The notes beneath the pieces are model-generated. The model ran no database searches. It saw nothing but the letters and a program-made list of their open reading frames with translations, and had not been told where the DNA came from. Of a DNA stretch of 64,000 bases, positions 38,006-45,281 are shown in pieces; positions within the stretch are counted from its first letter, which is position 1, and the number at the start of each line of letters is the position of its first letter. The stretch comes from a bacterium (lineage in GTDB: Bacteria; Patescibacteriota; Minisyncoccia; UBA6257; JAGOQP01): the NCBI GenBank assembly GCA_021814695.1, contig JAKAHY010000001.1, positions 45,278-109,277 of the forward strand, in the 5' to 3' direction. Position numbers and translations under genes: made by a program.

Positions 38006-39115
38006 ATGGCTCTCGCAATATACAGAAAATATCGCCCCAAAAAACTCGCCGATGTTATTGGCCAGGAAAACATAACGACGATAATAAAAAACTCGGCCGC
38101 GGAAGGTAAGCTGGCTCACGCTTATCTTTTTTATGGCCCCCGAGGCACCGGAAAGACAACTATAGCCAGAATTCTTTCTAAAATCGCCGAATGTGAAACC
38201 CGCCAGAAAGACCCGGAATTTGCCAAAAAAGGAGAGCCTTGCAATAAATGCCAGGCCTGTCTGACTATTGATTCGGGACAGATGCTGGATGTAGTTGAGA
38301 TAGATGCCGCTTCCAACAGAGGCATTGACGAAATCAGGGATTTAAAAGAAAACATCAAAACTCTCCCCTCTTTATACAAATACAAAGTATTTATTATAGA
38401 TGAGGTGCATATGCTTACCATTCAGGCATTTAATGCACTGTTAAAAACCCTGGAGGAACCTCCTCAGCATGTGATTTTTATCCTTGCCACAACCGAATAT
38501 GAAAAAGTTCCCGCAACCATAATTTCCCGCACGCAAAGATTTCATTTCAGAAAACTTACCCTGCAGGAAATTGTTACCAAACTCGAATCGATTTTAAAAT
38601 CGGAAAAAATATCCCATCACAAAGAAGCCCTGGAGATGATCGCCTATCTTGCCGACGGCAGTCTGCGCGACGCCGAGTCTCTTTTGGACCAGATTATTTC
38701 TTTGCGCGGAGCCAACATTACCGTTCAAAATGTGGAGGATATATTAGGCAAGGTGGATTTTTCAAAAACAATCGGAATGTGTGACCTGCTGATTAAAGGA
38801 GATCTGCAAAAATCTCTGGAATATCTGTATGACATTTCCAATCAGGGATACAATATGTTTCAGTTCAATAAAGATATCACCGAATATCTGCGCCGGGTGC
38901 TTTCATTGCACCTCAATCCTTCCCTGGAAACAATGTTTATACGCGAATTAGCCGAATCGGAAATCAAAGAAATAAAACAACACGCGGCCATCGCCGATAC
39001 CGACAAAACCATAAACTTATTAAAATCACTTATAACCGCCTATTCCCAGATGAAATATAATCCATTTCCCATAGTTCCCTTTGAAGTGGCTATTATAGAA
39101 AACTTAAAGAAATAA
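38006..39115 (+). CDS. dnaX: DNA polymerase III subunit gamma/tau (short form)
   Basis: YLFYGPRGTGKTT Walker A, CNKCQAC zinc module, and an SRC sensor (IISRTQRF). Confidence 0.85.
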   Translation: MALAIYRKYRPKKLADVIGQENITTIIKNSAAEGKLAHAYLFYGPRGTGKTTIARILSKIAECETRQKDPEFAKKGEPCNKCQACLTIDSGQMLDVVEIDAASNRGIDEIRDLKENIKTLPSLYKYKVFIIDEVHMLTIQAFNALLKTLEEPPQHVIFILATTEYEKVPATIISRTQRFHFRKLTLQEIVTKLESILKSEKISHHKEALEMIAYLADGSLRDAESLLDQIISLRGANITVQNVEDILGKVDFSKTIGMCDLLIKGDLQKSLEYLYDISNQGYNMFQFNKDITEYLRRVLSLHLNPSLETMFIRELAESEIKEIKQHAAIADTDKTINLLKSLITAYSQMKYNPFPIVPFEVAIIENLKK

Positions 39116-39117
39116 AA

Positions 39118-39447
39118 ATGCTTCCGATACACCACATAAATCTCAGAAAAAGAGCCTCCAAAACACTTGACCCGTATCCGCATCCGGAAAGATTAAAAAA
39201 TTTAATTGATAAAGCGGTTTATGCCGCCGCTTTATTGACTCCGGTAGTGACTATCCCTCAGGCATATCAGATATTTGCCGTAAAAAGCTCGGCCGGAGTT
39301 TCTGTTGTTTCCTGGATATGTTTTGCCTCAGCCAATATCGTATGGACAATTTATGGAGTAGTACACAAAGAAAAACCGATAATCATATCGAACATTGCAA
39401 ACTTCTTCATTAACATAGTTGTCATCGTTGCGGCTCTTATGTATTAG
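39118..39447 (+). CDS. PQ-loop/SemiSWEET-like 3-TM protein (paralog A)
   Basis: TVVTIPQAYQIF..KSSAGVS PQ-loop in TM1, with 3 TM helices. It is a paralog of 49447..49833. Confidence 0.55.
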   Translation: MLPIHHINLRKRASKTLDPYPHPERLKNLIDKAVYAAALLTPVVTIPQAYQIFAVKSSAGVSVVSWICFASANIVWTIYGVVHKEKPIIISNIANFFINIVVIVAALMY

Positions 39448-39471
39448 AACTCGTCAGGATTGCCTGCTAAC

Positions 39472-39500
39472 AAAAACCCCGGTTTAAGCCGGGGTTTTTG
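39472..39500. terminator. Bidirectional rho-independent terminator
   Basis: aaaaaccccgg-tttaag-ccggggttttt. Confidence 0.75.
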
Positions 39501-39501
39501 T

Positions 39502-40629
39502 TTAACTTCTTTTTCTTGAAAGCAGAACTCCTAAGAGAACGAATATCGCTATCAGCAGTATTGCCCCAAACGAGGCCAGAGACGATGAGGTTACCGAAAC
39601 CACGGATGCCTGCAAAGGAGAGTAAGAGCCGGCTGTCGGGGTGTAATAATACGTTCCTTGGTTGGGATAATTTCCCAAATTCTGGGCATAAGGATTTGAG
39701 TAATATGTATATGAAATAGTCGGCTGAGTGTAATATGGTTGGCTGTCATAATAAACGGGCTGTGTCTGAGGGTTTGTGGCGTAAATATATTGAGGCACAT
39801 ATGTAACCGTCGGAGTGGTCTGAACCGGTTGGGTATAGACATAGTTTGTCGGCGGAGTGTAGGTGTAATTTATCGGCTGAGTATAATTGTTGTAGTTGTA
39901 ATACGATGAGCCGGTTGTGGTAAACGAAAGTGTCTGTCCATAAGACGTAAGTCCGTTATTTTGGAGAACCGCCTTAAAGTAATAAGTCGTTCCGGAATTT
40001 AAATTTGTCGCCGAATATCTGAAAAACGAATTGGACGAATTAGTCCGGTAATAATCAGATGTGCTTATAACCGTAGTCAGGCTTTTTTGATTTAAGTTTG
40101 AATAATCGGTTCCGTATTCAAACCATCCCAAGCTTTGCGAGTTGGTGGTTGCGGCAAAACCTATAAGCGTAGCCGAATTATTTGTTATATCCGTAGCCGC
40201 ATTAGTAGATACCGAAACATTGCCGGAGTTTGTCGTCCCATAACTGGTGGTTGAAAACGAAAGAATATTTCCCTGGCTGGTACCGTATTGGTTCTGCGCG
40301 CTTAACCGAAAGTAATAAGTCGTTCCCGACATAAGTCCCGAGACAGCCATTGAAACATTGTTCTGCGAATATGATCCGTTCATCGTCTGAGACGACGTGA
40401 AATTGCCAAGTGATTGAGTAGTCCCGTATTCAAAATAATAAGACGTCTGATAGCCGTTAGGATTCAATTGTCCGTATAAAGTTGCGCTATTATCGGAAAC
40501 GATAGTGGCCTGATTTGTCTGCGCAAAAGGCGCTCCCGCCTGTTGGGAATGAGTCACTCCGGCAGTAATAAAGCCCCCTAAAACGACCACTGCCACAATT
40601 GCCAATATGGCTGATTTCTTTATATTCAT
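39502..40629 (-). CDS. Cell-surface protein with three ~95-aa Fn3/Ig-like repeats, Y/T/P/Q-rich linker and C-terminal TM anchor
   Basis: Signal peptide. Repeats end in TTYYF(R/K)..QN..GTSQG..LSF(S/T)TT. The C-terminus is LASFGAILLIAIFVLLGVLLSRKRS. Confidence 0.65.
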   Translation of the reverse strand: MNIKKSAILAIVAVVVLGGFITAGVTHSQQAGAPFAQTNQATIVSDNSATLYGQLNPNGYQTSYYFEYGTTQSLGNFTSSQTMNGSYSQNNVSMAVSGLMSGTTYYFRLSAQNQYGTSQGNILSFSTTSYGTTNSGNVSVSTNAATDITNNSATLIGFAATTNSQSLGWFEYGTDYSNLNQKSLTTVISTSDYYRTNSSNSFFRYSATNLNSGTTYYFKAVLQNNGLTSYGQTLSFTTTGSSYYNYNNYTQPINYTYTPPTNYVYTQPVQTTPTVTYVPQYIYATNPQTQPVYYDSQPYYTQPTISYTYYSNPYAQNLGNYPNQGTYYYTPTAGSYSPLQASVVSVTSSSLASFGAILLIAIFVLLGVLLSRKRS

Positions 40630-40775
40630 ATGTTAGTGCTATTATCCAACTTTTTAAGGATAAATCAAGCTCGTGGCTCTATGTCTATGAAAATATCGCG
40701 ATTTTATATTTTGAGTCCGTATACAACAAAACCTCCCGAAAGACAGCTAATTTCTACCGGGAGGTCTGTTTTGGA

Positions 40776-41021
40776 TTATTTTTGAAGCTTGTTGTAAAGC
40801 CAGGCAAAAATATAACAGCCGATAAAGCCGTCAAAGAATCCGTAGACGAGCCCTAAAATGCTACCCATATAGGTAACGTCATACCCCGGATATATCTGGA
40901 CAAATAAATGCATAAAATCGAAAGCATATCCGGTTCCGGCCGAAATTATCGTAAAAATGAACATAAATGCGCTCCAAAAAATTCCGGCTGCAAGGGCGAA
41001 CTTCTTCGTGTTTAACATCAT
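40776..41021 (-). CDS. Hypothetical small membrane protein
   Basis: 81 aa, two hydrophobic helices. Confidence 0.4.
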   Translation of the reverse strand: MMLNTKKFALAAGIFWSAFMFIFTIISAGTGYAFDFMHLFVQIYPGYDVTYMGSILGLVYGFFDGFIGCYIFAWLYNKLQK

Positions 41022-41112
41022 AGTGATATTTTTCAGTTTCAGTTACGACCTTTGTATATATTATACCAAATAAAAAAACCGCCGAAGTTAATTACTTGCA
41101 GCAGTTTATTAA

Positions 41113-42162
41113 TTAAAGAGCTTCCCAGGGCAAACGCGCCGATTCGTACTGTTGATCCTCCAACTTGAGGAAAGTATGAAATCTGTCCACGATATACGGC
41201 CGCCATCCGTCATGAATAATAACCACGATGCGGATCTTGCCGTCTTTCGGATTCCTCAGAGAATCGAGAGTGTCGTCATTATCATGCGTGTTGAGCAGAT
41301 GATAAACGCCGGCAAAAGTTGCTCCACCGCTTGCACCCGATGTTACACCCATTATCCAATTGAGCCACAAAGCCGAAAGATATGCCGAAGATGTCTTGAC
41401 CCTAACGCATTCATCCACCGCTTCGCGCCAAGGCTGAGTAATTTCTTTCATCCCTTCAATATCACGCATACCCGGAATCTCATTTCCCGAAGCGCACATA
41501 ACGCCCACGCTTCTGAAATTTTCCAGCCTGGCCCTGAATCCCTCGTTTAATCCGATAATGGTTCCTCCGGTTCCTATAGGAGCGACAAGAATGTTAAGGT
41601 CCGGAACCTTTTCCAGAATCTTAGGAACGCACCAATCGCGATAAAGAATCTTATTGGCCGGATTGGCGTATTGGTCCAGATTCAAAAATCCATCGTCGGA
41701 CTTTTTCCATCCGCTGGGTTTCCATCCGCCTCCACCCAATTTTCTTGCAGTCGCAATCGGGCTTAGCCCTTTTTGCGGCGGCCAGACTTCCGCACCGGCA
41801 AAAAACGGCGGCTTGCTTTTCCCAAGCGGCGCATCTTCTTTCATAATCGCGACAACCCGACTGGCACAAAAAGGATCGGCCAGAGCGAGCTTGGCAAGTA
41901 CCAAACCCGTAGCGCCCGAAGTTGCTTCCACAAGAGAGTCCCCTTCCTGAAAAATCCCCGACTCTCTCGCGTCCTGAAGCATTCCCAAAACTGCCAGAAA
42001 CTTAAGCGATTCAAAAGGAAGGTGGTATCCCAAAGCAACAAACATTTCGACTCCTCCATAGTCCGCAAATGGGTTGAGAAAATCGTCAACTCTAACTACC
42101 GGCAGGTCCCAATTAGCGCCTGTATTTTTCCAGACGTCCATTTGGTAATTTTTCCTTAGCAT
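41113..42162 (-). CDS. PLP-dependent enzyme, tryptophan-synthase-beta/cysteine-synthase fold (PALP)
   Basis: LVEATSGATGLVLAKLA (SGNxG-like) and the glycine loop IGTGGTIIG. Confidence 0.7.
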   Translation of the reverse strand: MLRKNYQMDVWKNTGANWDLPVVRVDDFLNPFADYGGVEMFVALGYHLPFESLKFLAVLGMLQDARESGIFQEGDSLVEATSGATGLVLAKLALADPFCASRVVAIMKEDAPLGKSKPPFFAGAEVWPPQKGLSPIATARKLGGGGWKPSGWKKSDDGFLNLDQYANPANKILYRDWCVPKILEKVPDLNILVAPIGTGGTIIGLNEGFRARLENFRSVGVMCASGNEIPGMRDIEGMKEITQPWREAVDECVRVKTSSAYLSALWLNWIMGVTSGASGGATFAGVYHLLNTHDNDDTLDSLRNPKDGKIRIVVIIHDGWRPYIVDRFHTFLKLEDQQYESARLPWEAL

Positions 42163-42224
42163 TAAGCCCTCCTCTGTTGAGTTCTACCGATAATCCTGCT
42201 CTTAAACAGAATATGCGTCAAGTA

Positions 42225-42965
42225 CTATTTTTTTCTTATTATGAAAAAAGGCGTCATCTCATCAGACTGGCCGGCGGGATTGTCACGGACAACTTCCCGG
42301 ATGAATTTTTCCTTTATTTTCTTGTTTGATTTTCCCAAAGAAAAAGCTCCTAGATAATTGGCATCAATAATAACCGCATCGTTTCCGAACCGCTCTTTAA
42401 TCTCTTTGGCTACCCCCATGGGGTTTATCGGAGGAAGTTTTGCATAATGGGTATAAGGTTGAATAACAAAAGACATCGGGCAATCTATGGATTTAGCTTT
42501 TTTGCCGCAAATAACATAAAAAAGGCCTTTGATTCCCAGAGGTCTGGTAATAGCGGCAATAGCGGCGGCAAAAAGAACTCGCAGGATTCCGGCTTGTTCT
42601 ATAAAAAGCTGCATCGCCATTCCGGTGCCATGACCGAATCCACGGAAATCTTTTGTGCCGTAGCGGTTGTTTACTTTGCTTGCCAAAAAATAAGCCAGCT
42701 TTGAAGGCTTGATATCATTCATATTTATAATTCTGCCTTGAGTTGCGGCAACTACTTTTTCACTGACAAAAATTAAGTCGTCTTTTAAAAGATGGGGTTT
42801 GATATATTTATCCAAAAGTCTCATCAGGTCGTCCCTGTCGGTGATAATATCTGTTTTTATCGGTAGACGAAGATAGGTTTGGCCGTTAACATCTATCTCC
42901 AGATTCTTCCCCTTGTTCGGACGAAAGGTATGATTTTGTGAAAGTTGGTTATTTTTTTCTTCCAT
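42225..42965 (-). CDS. CofE/FbiB-like (F420-0:gamma-glutamyl ligase family) protein, tentative
   Basis: LIFVSEKVVAATQGRII resembles the CofE KivSkaEGR motif. The other motifs are weak. Confidence 0.4.
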   Translation of the reverse strand: MEEKNNQLSQNHTFRPNKGKNLEIDVNGQTYLRLPIKTDIITDRDDLMRLLDKYIKPHLLKDDLIFVSEKVVAATQGRIINMNDIKPSKLAYFLASKVNNRYGTKDFRGFGHGTGMAMQLFIEQAGILRVLFAAAIAAITRPLGIKGLFYVICGKKAKSIDCPMSFVIQPYTHYAKLPPINPMGVAKEIKERFGNDAVIIDANYLGAFSLGKSNKKIKEKFIREVVRDNPAGQSDEMTPFFIIRKK

Positions 42966-43049
42966 ATGAATATAATAGCACAGCCTTTATATTTGCCTAA
43001 ATAATTTATGCGGTTTGCTTTCCGAACAATCGCTTTGTAGAATAATAAT

Positions 43050-43436
43050 ATGTTTATACGAGTATGCATGGCAAAGCTTCATAGGCTGACGGTAACTCAG
43101 GCCGACTTAAACTATGTCGGTTCTATTACCATAGACCAGGAGCTGCTTGAAAAAAGCGGCATCAAGCCGTTTCAATACGTGAATATCACAAATCTTTCCA
43201 ACGGTATGTTCTGGCAGACGTATGTAATGGCCGGAAAAAAAGGTAACGGTGATGTTTGCCTCAATGGCCCGCCGGCACGGCATTTCCAACCGGGAGATAA
43301 AATTATTGTCCTTGCCGAAGCCTGGCTGGAACCATCGGAGATGGAGGAACTAAATCCGGTTGTCGTATTTGTTGACGAAAAGAACAAGATAACGGACATC
43401 AAAAAACATAAGGCCATTCCCCTACCGGAAAAATAA
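43050..43436 (+). CDS. panD: Aspartate 1-decarboxylase
   Basis: MFIRVCMAKLHRLTVTQADLNYVGSITID aligns with E. coli PanD, including the Gly-Ser self-cleavage site. Confidence 0.85.
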   Translation: MFIRVCMAKLHRLTVTQADLNYVGSITIDQELLEKSGIKPFQYVNITNLSNGMFWQTYVMAGKKGNGDVCLNGPPARHFQPGDKIIVLAEAWLEPSEMEELNPVVVFVDEKNKITDIKKHKAIPLPEK

Positions 43437-43504
43437 TATTTGCCATAAAAACATATCTTTAGGATATGTTTTTTTATTTATTAATAAGAATTTAAATTAT
43501 TCGC

Positions 43505-44014
43505 TCAACCAAAAAAGATCGAGTATATAAATTTGGTAAAGGGATCCAAGTTGGGCCCATAAACTATTATTCCTCCCAAAACACTTGTCACCAGCATCGC
43601 CGCCAATCCGATTATCGCCATGGGAATGGCAATCCGGCGTTTAAGTATAAAGTCGGCAATCTTTCTGAAAAAAGAGAACACTCCGGAAAATCCGGGCAAT
43701 AATTCCAAATACTGCAGGGTAAACCATCTGACCGCATATGCGCCGGCGAGAATCCCAAAAATTACCGTCGTAGCGCCGGCAAATGTTTTGTGTACACTAA
43801 GCACGCTCCTTAGAGTCCATTGCGAAGAATGTTCGGCTAATGAGCCGGTACCGAGAGCTGCCAGAGCCCCTATTGTCCCAAAAAAGACAAGGAAAAATTT
43901 TATCGGGTCCCAGGGAAAACGCGGATACCATTTGGTTAAAGGCAATATTTCAATAATCGCATAGGTAATCAGAAGCGCTATCGGAAAATGCACAATAATC
44001 GGGTGAATGTTCAT
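43505..44014 (-). CDS. DUF2231-like membrane protein
   Basis: HPIIVHFPIAL N-terminus and 4-5 TM helices. Confidence 0.55.
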   Translation of the reverse strand: MNIHPIIVHFPIALLITYAIIEILPLTKWYPRFPWDPIKFFLVFFGTIGALAALGTGSLAEHSSQWTLRSVLSVHKTFAGATTVIFGILAGAYAVRWFTLQYLELLPGFSGVFSFFRKIADFILKRRIAIPMAIIGLAAMLVTSVLGGIIVYGPNLDPFTKFIYSIFFG

Positions 44015-44096
44015 ATGGAAATTATACCAAATTTATTCGGGTTATATAAAAACCTTCTTGAATTAAGAGGCTTTTTGGTTTAATTTTATAAAGTCT

Positions 44097-44167
44097 TGGG
44101 GGGTCGTCTAACGGTAGGACATGGGCCTTTGAAGCCCAGTATATAGGTTCGATTCCTATCCCCCCAG
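44097..44167 (+). tRNA. tRNA-Gln (anticodon UUG), CCA not encoded
   Basis: Acceptor TGGGGGG/CCCCCCA (U1:A72), D-stem GTC/GAC, anticodon stem TGGGC/GCCCA with loop CTTTGAA, T-arm ATAGG-TTCGATT-CCTAT, G73. A terminator hairpin follows at ~44171-44200. Confidence 0.8.
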
Positions 44168-44593
44168 CAAAATAAATACACTTTTGCGGTGTATTTTATT
44201 TTGCGGGGAAAAAAGCAAACTGCTTTGCTTTTGTCAGGGATTCGAACGACGGAGCATGTTCCGCTCAGCAGAGCGTAACGCGAGTCGGTGTCTAGACCAA
44301 TTCTACTCGACGGAGTAGAATTGAGTTGAAGGAGAATTCTTGTCCCCCAGCCAACTTGAGCGGAGTTATTCCGATCGAGACATATCATAACAAAAGACAC
44401 GCGCCGAGAGGCGTGCGTCTTTTTTTGTTATTTATCCTACCAGATTAGATCTTTTATACCAGGTTTATTTTTTACTACTCTGAACCCCTACTCTCCCCAA
44501 GAATTTTTATCAGAATTTAAAGCCTCATACCAAAGTTCTGAAGATTCTCATCATTTTGGCTGTCAAGTATGTAAAACTATTTTACATATATAT

Positions 44594-44622
44594 TTGCATT
44601 TGACTTAAAAATATGCTATAAT
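44594..44622 (+). promoter_or_regulatory. Sigma70-like promoter of lexA-like operon (TTGCAT-17-TATAAT), near-leaderless
   Basis: -35 at 44594-44599 and -10 at 44617-44622, only 6 nt before the ATG at 44629. The palindrome ATGTAAAA-CTA-TTTTACAT at 44569-44587 lies just upstream. Confidence 0.45.
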
Positions 44623-44628
44623 GGAATT

Positions 44629-45276
44629 ATGAATAAAATTCAAATAGAGCTTTTGAACCTCTCTAAGCACCAGGATTTAGGCTCAATGAGCCTACGCCAA
44701 ATAGCAAAGATTATTGGGGTTGAAAATAAGCCCCAGATTGTAAAACACCACCTTTTACAGCTAGAAAAGGCCGGATTACTGCAAATAAACCTCAAAAAGG
44801 GCTTCATAAGGCCTGTTAGCAGGGGTTTTGGGCAGGATTCTGGCAAGAATCAAGTATATTCACTTCCTATCGTAGGAGCCGCAAATTGTGGTCCAGCAAC
44901 CATATTTGCAGACGAGAGGATTGAAGGATATTTGAAAGTATCGTCAAAACTGCTCCCGAGAAAAAAACATGACCTTTTTGTCCTTATTGCCGAGGGGCCG
45001 TCAATGAATAAGGCTGAAATTCGTGAAGGTGTTGTAATTGAAGACGGTGATTTTGTTGTTGTAGATAAATCATACAAAAATCCAAAAAACGGAGATATTA
45101 TTGTAGCAGTAATAGACGGAATGGGAACAATCAAAAAATATAGAGAGGATAAGAAAGAAAAACTCATTATTCTTGAATCAGAATCCACTGAAAACTATTT
45201 GCCCATATTTATTCATGAAGGTGATGACTTCATGATAAGCGGAAAGGTCATTGATGTAATTAAGAAACCTAGATAA
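44629..45276 (+). CDS. lexA: LexA-like repressor (wHTH + S24 autopeptidase domain)
   Basis: N-terminal LexA-type wHTH. C-terminal S24 with Ser in GPSMN and Lys in TIKKY. The candidate Cys-Gly cleavage site (AANCGP) is UmuD-like. Confidence 0.8.
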   Translation: MNKIQIELLNLSKHQDLGSMSLRQIAKIIGVENKPQIVKHHLLQLEKAGLLQINLKKGFIRPVSRGFGQDSGKNQVYSLPIVGAANCGPATIFADERIEGYLKVSSKLLPRKKHDLFVLIAEGPSMNKAEIREGVVIEDGDFVVVDKSYKNPKNGDIIVAVIDGMGTIKKYREDKKEKLIILESESTENYLPIFIHEGDDFMISGKVIDVIKKPR

Positions 45277-45281
45277 ATACT

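Noticed and set aside
44229-44395. tmRNA, SRP RNA or extra tRNA in the structured region after tRNA-Gln
   Set aside because: The GGATTCGAAC stretch does not form a valid T-arm on either strand. No SRP GGAAGCAGC motif or tmRNA 3' TΨC/ACCA architecture is present. No 5' acceptor strand matches TCCCCCA. I kept it only as an unclassified ncRNA or att-like candidate.
44086-44400. 104-aa ORF on the - strand
   Set aside because: It covers tRNA-Gln(UUG) and two terminator hairpins, so it is not coding.
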